Assembly: GCA_027317865.1 (NCBI GenBank)
Contig: DAHVQG010000001.1
Span: 256,001-320,000, forward strand
Direction of reading: 5' to 3'
DNA length: 64,000 nucleotides
DNA from: Bdellovibrionales bacterium
Lineage (GTDB): Bacteria > Bdellovibrionota > Bdellovibrionia > Bdellovibrionales > UBA1609
A model generated the notes under the pieces. That model saw nothing but the letters and a program-made list of their open reading frames with translations. It ran no database searches and was not told where the DNA came from. The position numbers were made by a program, and so were the translations under genes. This document shows, in pieces, positions 48,698-57,246 of the stretch (position 1 is the stretch's first letter; each line of letters begins with the position of its first letter).

Positions 48698-49681
48698 TTA
48701 TGCCGCCTCAACCAATTTATGGCTGTAATGCGGGCGCACACGATCACGGAGAATTTCGTAAAGCTCCTCGCGCGATTGACCATTTGGATGAAGCCAACGA
48801 TCGATATTGTTTGGCTTTAAAAAAACGGGGCAACGTTCGTGGCCGGTTTCGGCAATTTCTTTTGGTGGATCATCCGTGATGATCGCGCAAGAATATAAAT
48901 CAGGTTTGCCTTTTTGCTTATTCACATCCCAGATCGTCGGGATGATCATGTAATCGGTATTGTCAGGTTCAAAAGAAAGAATCACACTTTTTCGCTCACG
49001 AAGTTCAGGGGCTAGCGAAAACTTCTCTAAATACTTTTCGGTAGGGACATGTTCATAAAATTTAGATACGATGACGATGCCGTGCTGCGTGCCGAAGACG
49101 GGCCGCCAAAATGGGTTCTCGAGATTATCGAGACGGGCATTGTAGCAACCGCTAAATTTGCGATCGAAACTTTCGGCTTTGCCGCGCGGGCGCATGTGGT
49201 ACCGAAATGGGGCCACAATTTTTTCGCCGGTTTCATCAACTGTAATCATTGAAAGATAACTCAATGGGAAAACGCTTTTTTCATCTTCAGAAATGTAGTC
49301 GGACGTATTGAATTTTTTAAGTTTAAATTTGATTTGGTCAATTTTATTTGTGGCAATTCGTTTTTCTTCAAGCGCTTTCTTCGTCGATTTTGCGCTCAAG
49401 CTGCGTTCGGCCAGCGTGAGTCGCGCTTGTTGTTTGAAAAGCTCTTCTTCAAGGAGGGTAATCTGATCTTTTCGCCATTTCAAAATCATCTCGGCGATAT
49501 GCTTTTCTTGCGCTGATTTGGGGGCAACGAGAAACGGGTTCTCCATCGCTTTGTTGATCGTAAGTTTTTCGCCCTTTGCCCGCCGGGTAAAAATGTCCTC
49601 GTACATGTCGAGTTGCACACGAACGCCGAATTTCATTCCGATTTCTTTTGCGTCTTGTTGGACCATCGCCGAGTAGCACAT
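48698..49681 (-). CDS. SOS response-associated peptidase (SRAP/HMCES-like)
   Basis: Start MCYSAM (Cys2) at 49681; YNAR.DNL, FYE, AIITD.PP, GHERCP. Confidence 0.88.
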   Translation of the reverse strand: MCYSAMVQQDAKEIGMKFGVRVQLDMYEDIFTRRAKGEKLTINKAMENPFLVAPKSAQEKHIAEMILKWRKDQITLLEEELFKQQARLTLAERSLSAKSTKKALEEKRIATNKIDQIKFKLKKFNTSDYISEDEKSVFPLSYLSMITVDETGEKIVAPFRYHMRPRGKAESFDRKFSGCYNARLDNLENPFWRPVFGTQHGIVIVSKFYEHVPTEKYLEKFSLAPELRERKSVILSFEPDNTDYMIIPTIWDVNKQKGKPDLYSCAIITDDPPKEIAETGHERCPVFLKPNNIDRWLHPNGQSREELYEILRDRVRPHYSHKLVEAA

Positions 49682-49933
49682 GAACGGCATTATAGCGCTC
49701 GACGAAGAAATGCACAAATCTTCGAGCGGGAGGTTTTAAAAGCCATTAGCGTTGTCACACTCCTCCATCATTGTGGCTAGATGGTCTGTATCCATATCTA
49801 AACTCAGTTGAAATTTCACCTTGATACGCGCGGCAATTTTTAACTCGAATCGACCGGCTCGGTGTCTATTTTTTATTCACTTGGGGGATTTGGACCAAAG
49901 TGTTGGCCCCCTAAGGCTGAATAATCGGGGGAA

Positions 49934-51754
49934 ATGAAAATGAGGCTAATTCAAAAACTCGCGCTGATTGTGATTGCAACGGCCGTGTCAATTTCAGCTC
50001 AATCCATGACAATGAAAGTGCTGGGGGAGCATGTACCTTACTCCGCCATGGCGAGTGCAGTGCGCGTGGGGCAACTCGCCGCCAACACGCCGATGAATCT
50101 CACTGTGGTTTTGAATTTGCGAAATACGCAAGCGCTGCAAACTCTGGTTAGCCGCCTATATAACCCGAATGACCCAATGTACGAGCATTATTTGACTCCC
50201 CAAGAGTTTCGCGCCGAATTTGGTCCGACCCGTCAGGATTTTGCGCAAGTTGAACAATATCTGAATTCACACAATTTGCGAATCATTCGCGAGACGACAA
50301 ACACAGTTCAATTTCAAGGCACATCGGCTGATGTTGAAAGCGCATTCGGCGTGCAGATGCAGAATTATTTGCAACCAAATGGCACGTTGGCCTACGCGCC
50401 CAGCGGTAACCCGCAGGTGGCAAGTCAAATTGCACCTGAAATTGCTGGCGTATTAGGGCTTAACACCTTCTCGCATTTTGTCGCTCACTATATCAAACGT
50501 CAAAATACCGAGCTGTCGCAATTTCAACCATTTGGCAGCGGACCTAACGGCGGTCTCTCACCGTCAGATATACAAACGGCTTACTCATTGGCAAATACGG
50601 GCGCAACCGGTGCGGGTCAAACGCTCGCGTTGATGGAGCTTGACGGTTACAATCCATCAGACATTTCAACTTACGCACAGACCTTTAATATTGGCTCGAC
50701 GCCGGCATTGCAGAATATTTTGGTCGATGGTTATAACGGTTCAGCCGGGTCTGGTGCTGACGAAGTGACTCTGGATATTGAACTTATGATTGCCGTCGCG
50801 CACAGCGCCTCTAAAATTTTGGTTTACGAAGGGCCCAATACCGAAACGGGGCCCATCGACGTTTACAGTAAAATTGCGGATGACGACATCGCAAAAGAAA
50901 TCAGTACTTCATGGGGCAGCCCTGAATCGCAAAATACTCAGGCGTTTTTGAACTCCGAAAATACAATATTTGAGCAAATGGCCGCGCAAGGGCAAACCAT
51001 TTATGCCGCTTCAGGCGACTCGGGAGCGTACGACAACGGTTCAACTTTGGGCGTGGACGATCCCGCATCGCAACCCTACGTGGTTGCGGCCGGCGGCACG
51101 ACACTCAATACGGCGACAAACGGATCTTATATCAGTGAAAGCAGTTGGGGAATTCCAGCCAGCCCACAAAACCAATTACAAGGAGGCGGCGGCGGAATCA
51201 GTAGTGTATGGTCGATACCGAGTTGGCAGACTGGTGTCGCGAATAGCTTGAACAAGGGTTCAACAACAATGCGAATGGTTCCGGATGTTTCAGTCGAAGC
51301 CAACCCGCAAACTGGATACGCAATCTACGTCGGCGGAAGTTGGGGCGTCTTCGGTGGGACAAGTTGTGCTGCGCCTATTTGGGCGGGATTTACGGCGCTG
51401 GTTAACCAAGCTCGTGCGAGCAAGGGTTTGAGTCCTCTCGGCTTTGCCGACCCTGCACTCTATAAATTGGGCGAGAGCTCAGCATACACAACTCTGTTTC
51501 ATGACATCGCCGACGATTCGACCAATTTATTTTACCCTGCCGTGAGCGGATATGATTTGTCGACGGGTTGGGGTTCAATGGTGGGGCCAAATTTATTATC
51601 GGCTCTCGTTGGTTCATCGGTAACGCCAGCACCCACACCGACACCCACACCGACTCCCACGCCGACACCCACACCGACACCGACACCAACGCCAGCGCCG
51701 AGTGTGCCGCCGACACCAACAAATTTAACGGTCGTTTCGGTTACGCCGAACTAA
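49934..51754 (+). CDS. S53 family (sedolisin/kumamolisin) serine protease with pro-domain and PT linker
   Basis: Pro-domain YLTPQEFRAEFGP; EVTLDIE (E,D), SGDSG, GGTSCAAP (Ser), GYDLSTGWGS; (PT)n linker. Confidence 0.93.
   Translation: MKMRLIQKLALIVIATAVSISAQSMTMKVLGEHVPYSAMASAVRVGQLAANTPMNLTVVLNLRNTQALQTLVSRLYNPNDPMYEHYLTPQEFRAEFGPTRQDFAQVEQYLNSHNLRIIRETTNTVQFQGTSADVESAFGVQMQNYLQPNGTLAYAPSGNPQVASQIAPEIAGVLGLNTFSHFVAHYIKRQNTELSQFQPFGSGPNGGLSPSDIQTAYSLANTGATGAGQTLALMELDGYNPSDISTYAQTFNIGSTPALQNILVDGYNGSAGSGADEVTLDIELMIAVAHSASKILVYEGPNTETGPIDVYSKIADDDIAKEISTSWGSPESQNTQAFLNSENTIFEQMAAQGQTIYAASGDSGAYDNGSTLGVDDPASQPYVVAAGGTTLNTATNGSYISESSWGIPASPQNQLQGGGGGISSVWSIPSWQTGVANSLNKGSTTMRMVPDVSVEANPQTGYAIYVGGSWGVFGGTSCAAPIWAGFTALVNQARASKGLSPLGFADPALYKLGESSAYTTLFHDIADDSTNLFYPAVSGYDLSTGWGSMVGPNLLSALVGSSVTPAPTPTPTPTPTPTPTPTPTPTPAPSVPPTPTNLTVVSVTPN
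51623..51700 (+). repeat. Pro-Thr coding tandem repeat (ACNCCN)n
   Basis: TPAPTPTPTPTPTPTPTPTPTPTPAP. Confidence 0.85.
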
Positions 51755-51766
51755 AGGAGTAAAGAC

Positions 51767-52087
51767 GTGAAAAAAATACTTCTGATCGCCTTTTTCGGAC
51801 TTCTAATAGTGGGTTGTAATTCGCACATACCGTCACAGAGTTCAATGCGTGCGGGCGCAACGATGAACGTCAACTTGGCTTGGCAATCGGTGCCCGGCGC
51901 TCAACTCGGTTTTGACATTGAAGAGTCTGTCGACGGCAAAAACTTTATGCAAATTTTGACCGTGCCCGATGGAGTCAACTTTGCTAGTATTCCGGTTACA
52001 TCGGGCTCGACCTATTACTTTCGCATGCGCAGCTTTAACTCGGTTGGTACTTCAAATTACACTCCGGTAGTTACCGTTAGGCTGTAG
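51767..52087 (+). CDS. Lipoprotein with fibronectin type III domain apparently lacking strand A
   Basis: RBS AGGAG, GTG start, lipobox IVGC; VNLAW...GFDIEES.DG..F...TYYFRMRSFNSVGTS.Y. Confidence 0.85.
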   Translation: MKKILLIAFFGLLIVGCNSHIPSQSSMRAGATMNVNLAWQSVPGAQLGFDIEESVDGKNFMQILTVPDGVNFASIPVTSGSTYYFRMRSFNSVGTSNYTPVVTVRL

Positions 52088-52124
52088 TGCTTGTTTGAAA
52101 TTGTGGTCCAGCGGCAAACCATGA

Positions 52125-52715
52125 TTACTGTGAGTTGCTAAGAAACGGGATGAGCATCGGAACGCGCTGTTTGTAGTCCTCATAAACGTGGGCACCCAAT
52201 TCGCTTGCCAGCCATTGTTCTTCAAGACGCGCTTTGAGCCAAAAGCTAAAGATGATTAATATTCCGCCGATTACCGCGTTAATCGTCCCGTACTGTATTA
52301 CAGTCGCCACAATCGCGAAGCTCACACCCGTGTAAATGGGATGTCGGACAATTTGGTACGGGCCCGTGTCAATTATATGGTGATTTTCTTTGTGTGTAAT
52401 TGAACCGGACCACAATCGTCCAATGTGTATACGTGCCCACCAGGCAAACGCGAATCCGACGGCAACAAGCCCTAAGCAAAGCCACGCAATCGCATTGTTG
52501 ACACTCCATAAATGCCACGAAGCTTTCGTGCTTTGAGCGGGTAAAACAAAGAGTAAAAACAGACCAAAAAACGTAACAGCCCGATATTTAAGTTCAGCGC
52601 GCAAGTTTAGACGCCTTACGGTTTTGTTGGTCCAAAAGGAAGCGGCAATCCACGAAGCAAACCAGGCGATCCACAATAAACCGGTCAAAAAAATAGTTTT
52701 CATGCGCTTATACAA
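52125..52715 (-). CDS. Isoprenylcysteine carboxylmethyltransferase family membrane protein
   Basis: HIGRLWS, IIDTGPYQIVRHPIYTG, EEQWL, Y.DYKQRVP. Confidence 0.9.
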   Translation of the reverse strand: MYKRMKTIFLTGLLWIAWFASWIAASFWTNKTVRRLNLRAELKYRAVTFFGLFLLFVLPAQSTKASWHLWSVNNAIAWLCLGLVAVGFAFAWWARIHIGRLWSGSITHKENHHIIDTGPYQIVRHPIYTGVSFAIVATVIQYGTINAVIGGILIIFSFWLKARLEEQWLASELGAHVYEDYKQRVPMLIPFLSNSQ

Positions 52716-52818
52716 TACTTCTTTTTACACTTGAGCGGAAGGGGCTGTGCAAGTTTTAGCATCGTCAAAATCTTGATGGTTACGTGCGGATCTGTTAAAA
52801 ATCGCGCAGGGAGGGCTC

Positions 52819-53211
52819 ATGCGGTTGCTCGGAAACCTGATTTGGTTTATTTTTGGCGGCTTTTTCATGGGGCTTGCGTGGTGGTTAGCCGGATTGTTGG
52901 CTGCTCTTACGATTATTGGCATTCCATTTGCTATTGCCGCGTTTCGTATCGGCACGTTTTCATTTTGGCCGTTTGGCCGCCAAATTGTGCCGCAACCGAA
53001 CAGAGGTGAAGTCCATGAGCTACTCGATTTTCTAGCCAATATTTTGTGGATCATCTTCGGCGGTTTGTGGCTGGCCATCGGGCATCTTGTTTGGGCACTG
53101 ATTTTCACCATCACGATAATTGGAGTACCGTTTGCCGTTCAGCATTTGAAATTAGCCCGTCTTTCTTTCACGCCGTACGGCAAACGGATCGTGGCAGCGG
53201 CACAGGTGTAA
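52819..53211 (+). CDS. yccF: YccF-domain inner membrane protein
   Basis: Duplicated NLIWFIFGG...TIIGIPF...WPFG. Confidence 0.92.
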   Translation: MRLLGNLIWFIFGGFFMGLAWWLAGLLAALTIIGIPFAIAAFRIGTFSFWPFGRQIVPQPNRGEVHELLDFLANILWIIFGGLWLAIGHLVWALIFTITIIGVPFAVQHLKLARLSFTPYGKRIVAAAQV

Positions 53212-53384
53212 TGACATTTTCGCTCGCCCGGTTCAACTGTCAGAATTTTTGACAATCAAGAACATTGTTCATGCGAATCAATTGGGCGTGTTTGATGCTG
53301 CAAGATGTGGCTGTCAAAAATAATAACATCTTTTTACTGAATTTCGTTCATGGCATATTGACGTGTGTGAAAGCTAGGGTTCGG

Positions 53385-54437
53385 ATGATTTCGCGAATCA
53401 TGTTTATTTCTTTTCTTATATTATCATCGGTAAGTTACGCGAGTAATTTCGACAGTGGTGTGCCGTTAAAAAACCGGTACAGTAGTTATTTCGACCAATT
53501 CGACGAATTGGATCCGAAGCCTTCGCAATTTCTGGCGCCAAATGAAACGCAGCCTAAAGATTTGCTGCCGATTTTAGTCAATGCGCAAAAGGGCGTGTAT
53601 GTCAGTGTGGGGACAGAACGCGGTTTTATGGCCGCGGGTCTATCAGGCGCGATCACAGATCTTGTGCTTGTTGATCTTGATCCAAGCATCGCGTTCTACA
53701 ATACGATAAACATCGAATTGCTAAAGGCGGCTAAAAATAGGGAGCAATACGTTTACTTGCGTACGAAGGCTACCGAGAGCGACTGGCAAACCGCGCTGAA
53801 CGGTCTAGTGGCACATGATCAGATCGCGAAACAGTGGGAGTGGTGGCGCGACGCCGTTTTGCCAGAAGCTCGAATGGATGTTTTTCATATTGACCCGACA
53901 AAATCGAAATATCCAAATCCGTCGTTTGAAGATGCGAATTACTTGTACCTCGAGAAAAACTTCAAGCGGGTGAAACGACTGGCGGACCACGATCGCATTC
54001 AAGTGCTAGAGGCCGATATAAAAAACAGTAAAGTCTTGAATTTGTTTGAGCGGTTTAAAAAATCCGGACAACAAATTTCAGTTATCGATATCAGTAATTT
54101 GTATGGCCCGGGTCACGCCGGGGCAAAATATACCGCTGCATTTTTAGAAAGCATAAGGTCTGTTGTTGATGAAAAAACTATTTTGGTTTACACAATCGGG
54201 CGCGGAGATTCTTCGGGTGAATGGTTCTACGTTGGGTTTCGTTTCGGCAAAATTTGGCATGAGGGTGTTTATAAATTTGTCGATGAGAACCTAAAACAGC
54301 GCCCACCATATTTGAATCGCTACAATCACTCTACGTTTTTCGAAGGCGAACCTGCCTATGTGAATGTAAAACCCCAGAATCAATCCTGTGGCCGCATTTT
54401 GCGTTCAACTGGACCAAGGTATAGTCCCACTATTTGA
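53385..54437 (+). CDS. Exported hypothetical protein with SAM-methyltransferase-like Rossmann motifs
   Basis: Start probably ATG 53385 (signal peptide ending SYA); GVYVSVGTERGF, LVLVDLDP, VIDISN; near-terminal SCGRIL. Confidence 0.6.
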   Translation: MISRIMFISFLILSSVSYASNFDSGVPLKNRYSSYFDQFDELDPKPSQFLAPNETQPKDLLPILVNAQKGVYVSVGTERGFMAAGLSGAITDLVLVDLDPSIAFYNTINIELLKAAKNREQYVYLRTKATESDWQTALNGLVAHDQIAKQWEWWRDAVLPEARMDVFHIDPTKSKYPNPSFEDANYLYLEKNFKRVKRLADHDRIQVLEADIKNSKVLNLFERFKKSGQQISVIDISNLYGPGHAGAKYTAAFLESIRSVVDEKTILVYTIGRGDSSGEWFYVGFRFGKIWHEGVYKFVDENLKQRPPYLNRYNHSTFFEGEPAYVNVKPQNQSCGRILRSTGPRYSPTI

Positions 54438-54533
54438 CAACCGATTGCCCTACTTGTTTCAATTACCTATGACTTTTGTCGAGTAGCCGCGAGCAGTACG
54501 CGAAATGGCTGCATCGACTTCAAGGAGGGGACA

Positions 54534-56000
54534 ATGGGTAAGCGTGGACTTTTATTTTTAGCGATCAGTATCGTTGCGATGACCGCTACGGCGGCAGTGG
54601 TTGGATTTGAATTGACCACTGAGATCAGTGCCGATCCTTATACGCAGCAACCGATAAAAACTGAAGTTGAGCCCGATACGTATTCGTTCGGTTCAACAAT
54701 TGTCGGCGCGTTTCAAGTCGGCCGTTTTGCCGACGGCGGAGCGCTCGACATTGGTTGGGCGACGTCAAACGATAACGGCAAAACGTGGCACCATGGTTTT
54801 CTGCCCGGGATAACCAAATATCAAAATAATGGCCCGTATGATCGCGTGAGCGATGCGTCGGTAGCCTATGATGCCAAACATAAGGTTTGGATGGTTTCTT
54901 CTCTTGCGATTTATGATTTAAACGGCAACATTACGAGCCCGGCGATTATCGTCAGCCGCTCCACCGACGGCGGTCTCACGTGGCAAAATCCGGTGACCAT
55001 TCATGGCGAAGCTAAAACTGCGGGCCTCGATAAAAATTGGACCACTTGCGATGACTGGAAAACATCGCCCTATTATGGTCATTGCTACACCGAATGGGAT
55101 GCTCCCGAAAATTTCAACGAAATTTTTATGAGTACATCTACCGATGGCGGTCTCACGTGGAGTGCGCCGCAAACAACCGGCGATCAGGCGAGCGGTCTTG
55201 GAGGGCAACCGGTCGTTCAACCTAACGGCACAGTAATAGTTCCGATTGGCGACGCCGACGTGGGTAATCTCCTGTCGTTCGTGTCTCGTGATGGTGGTCA
55301 AACGTGGAGTGCTACGACAACCGTCACCGCACTGACTGTTCACACCGTGGGCAATAATCTTCGTACAGCACCCCTGCCTAGCGCGGCAGTGGATAATACG
55401 GGCAAAGTATATGTTGTGTGGCAAGATTGTCGGTTTGAATCGAATTGTTCAGCCAATGACATTGTCATGTCGACGACAACTGATGGTATAAATTGGTCGC
55501 CTGTGGTACGTATTCCAACTGATTCTGTTGGGAGCAATGTCGATCATTTTCTTCCCGCTATTGCCATTGATCGCAATACCGGGGGTGCAACGGCGCACTT
55601 AAGTTTGACCTATTACTATTATCCAAACGCAAATTGCTCCGGTACAAGCTGTGAGTTGCGTGTGGCGACTGATCAATCGACCGACGGAGGCGCCAGTTGG
55701 ACCCAGCCCATGGAGATCGGCTCTAAACCTGTCAATTGGAATACTGTCCCCGAAACCGATATGGGTCCGATGGTTGGCGATTATATATCAGCGTCATTTG
55801 TTGACGGTGTTTCAATCCCGATATTTGCAATGAGTTCGTCACTCGATGGCTTAACTATGAATTCAATTTCAGCAAATTTGAATTCGGTTCGCGAACTGGA
55901 ACTTTCAAGCTTCGCTCTCCCGCGTGAAAATGTGAGCTACGGGCCGATTTTAAGTGTGCCATCAGGACACGTTGAACCGCATTGGACGCGTTTATTTTAA
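54534..56000 (+). CDS. Secreted sialidase-family (BNR/Asp-box) beta-propeller protein
   Basis: Repeated S.D.G.TW Asp boxes; DKNW; GDYI. Confidence 0.85.
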   Translation: MGKRGLLFLAISIVAMTATAAVVGFELTTEISADPYTQQPIKTEVEPDTYSFGSTIVGAFQVGRFADGGALDIGWATSNDNGKTWHHGFLPGITKYQNNGPYDRVSDASVAYDAKHKVWMVSSLAIYDLNGNITSPAIIVSRSTDGGLTWQNPVTIHGEAKTAGLDKNWTTCDDWKTSPYYGHCYTEWDAPENFNEIFMSTSTDGGLTWSAPQTTGDQASGLGGQPVVQPNGTVIVPIGDADVGNLLSFVSRDGGQTWSATTTVTALTVHTVGNNLRTAPLPSAAVDNTGKVYVVWQDCRFESNCSANDIVMSTTTDGINWSPVVRIPTDSVGSNVDHFLPAIAIDRNTGGATAHLSLTYYYYPNANCSGTSCELRVATDQSTDGGASWTQPMEIGSKPVNWNTVPETDMGPMVGDYISASFVDGVSIPIFAMSSSLDGLTMNSISANLNSVRELELSSFALPRENVSYGPILSVPSGHVEPHWTRLF

Positions 56001-56018
56001 ACACAGGTTTCGCGCTTT

Positions 56019-56570
56019 TCAGCTGAGCGATTTAACAATATCGCTCTCTGAAATGCCAGTCGCATCGGCCATTCGTTTAATCCGACCTTTTGACCGGCGC
56101 TCATAAGTGCCGGTGATGTGTGCGGTCGCTATGGTATAACCGCGCATGGCCTTCATTAGCGCTTTTTTGTCAGCGCCAGGTTCGAGTTTTAACTTTCCGC
56201 CTAGGGCGTAAATTGTAAACACATAATGGTGAACTCCCGAGTCGACGGGTGGCATTGGCCCATAGTAACCGATTTTGCCAAAAGAATTTAAACCCTGTGC
56301 CGCCGCCACAGGAGATCGCATCTGCGTTTCTAGCGGAATCCGCTCGGGCAGCGATGTCACATTAAACGGAATATTGTAGATTAGCCAATGAGTAAAAGGA
56401 TGGTCTTGGCCAGCCGTTTTCGGAGCATCAGGATCTTCGCAAATAATAGCAAATTCTTTGCAACCGGCGGGTACAGACCAGCTCAGCGCCGGCGAGATGT
56501 TTTCTCCTTCGAGCGCATGTCGTTTGGGGATTGGCTCGTGATCTTCAAAAGTATGAATACGAAATTCCAT
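56019..56570 (-). CDS. YbhB/YbcL (PEBP) family protein
   Basis: SPALSW, EDPDAP, THWLIYNIP, YYGPMPP, HHYVF. Confidence 0.93.
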   Translation of the reverse strand: MEFRIHTFEDHEPIPKRHALEGENISPALSWSVPAGCKEFAIICEDPDAPKTAGQDHPFTHWLIYNIPFNVTSLPERIPLETQMRSPVAAAQGLNSFGKIGYYGPMPPVDSGVHHYVFTIYALGGKLKLEPGADKKALMKAMRGYTIATAHITGTYERRSKGRIKRMADATGISESDIVKSLS

Positions 56571-56585
56571 TTTGCCTTTTCTAGT

Positions 56586-56601
56586 TGCAATTCAAGGGCC
56601 G
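56586..56601 (-). promoter_or_regulatory. Putative sigma54 promoter
   Basis: Minus strand CGGCCCTTGAATTGCA (GG-N10-GC) just upstream of the YbhB-family gene. Confidence 0.45.
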
Positions 56602-56653
56602 ACTTCCACGAAAAATAACGGACAACCTTGCACATTGAGGCGGAAAAATTCCA

Positions 56654-57241
56654 CTAAATTGGAGTCCGCAAATGACCCGAACGCCCAACACGAATCATCG
56701 ATGTGACTTGCGGCCCCTTTTCACCAATCTCTTCGGAAAACCGGACTTCATCGCCAATTTCTAATTTATCAAATTCGTTGTTTAAAACGGAATTCTTATG
56801 AAAATATAATTCGCGGCGATCGGGCGTAGTAATGAATCCACAATCTTCATTCGGAAAAATGCGCTTCACCTTGCCATGCATGGGTACGTTTTTTGTTTTT
56901 ACAAAATGCCGCTTTTTTCGAGTTAAATCTTCAAGTTTTCGTTTGGCGGCTTCAAAGGCGTCACGGATGGCGACATACACGTCTTTGTGGGCGGGATTGT
57001 ATTTGTGTTCGTTCGTAATATTGAGATCTTCGCCCGGAAGACGCAAATCGATTTGCACGACGTAGACATTTCCGTTTCGGCGATGGTGGTGTGGCGCCGA
57101 AATAGTCACCCGGCACGACATGATCCGGTCAAAAAATCTTTGTAGCTTTTCGGTATGGTCCCAAACGTCATTCCAAACGAAATCGGAATGTGTCATGTTG
57201 CGAAAAAGTATTTCAATCGGAAAGGTCATGGCGTCCCTCAC
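56654..57241 (-). CDS. HPF/RaiA ribosome-associated protein fused to cold-shock domain
   Basis: RIMSCRVTI, DVYVAIRDAFEAAKRKL; GFI...LYFHKNSV...GPQ. Confidence 0.9.
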   Translation of the reverse strand: MRDAMTFPIEILFRNMTHSDFVWNDVWDHTEKLQRFFDRIMSCRVTISAPHHHRRNGNVYVVQIDLRLPGEDLNITNEHKYNPAHKDVYVAIRDAFEAAKRKLEDLTRKKRHFVKTKNVPMHGKVKRIFPNEDCGFITTPDRRELYFHKNSVLNNEFDKLEIGDEVRFSEEIGEKGPQVTSMIRVGRSGHLRTPI

Positions 57242-57246
57242 AGTCT

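Noticed and set aside
51623-51700. Possible CRISPR or non-coding tandem repeat
   Set aside because: In-frame Pro-Thr linker; no repeat-spacer structure and no cas genes in the window
51754-51767. Frameshift or sequencing error splitting one protease-FN3 gene
   Set aside because: The downstream gene has its own RBS, start codon and full lipoprotein signal peptide between the two FN3 parts
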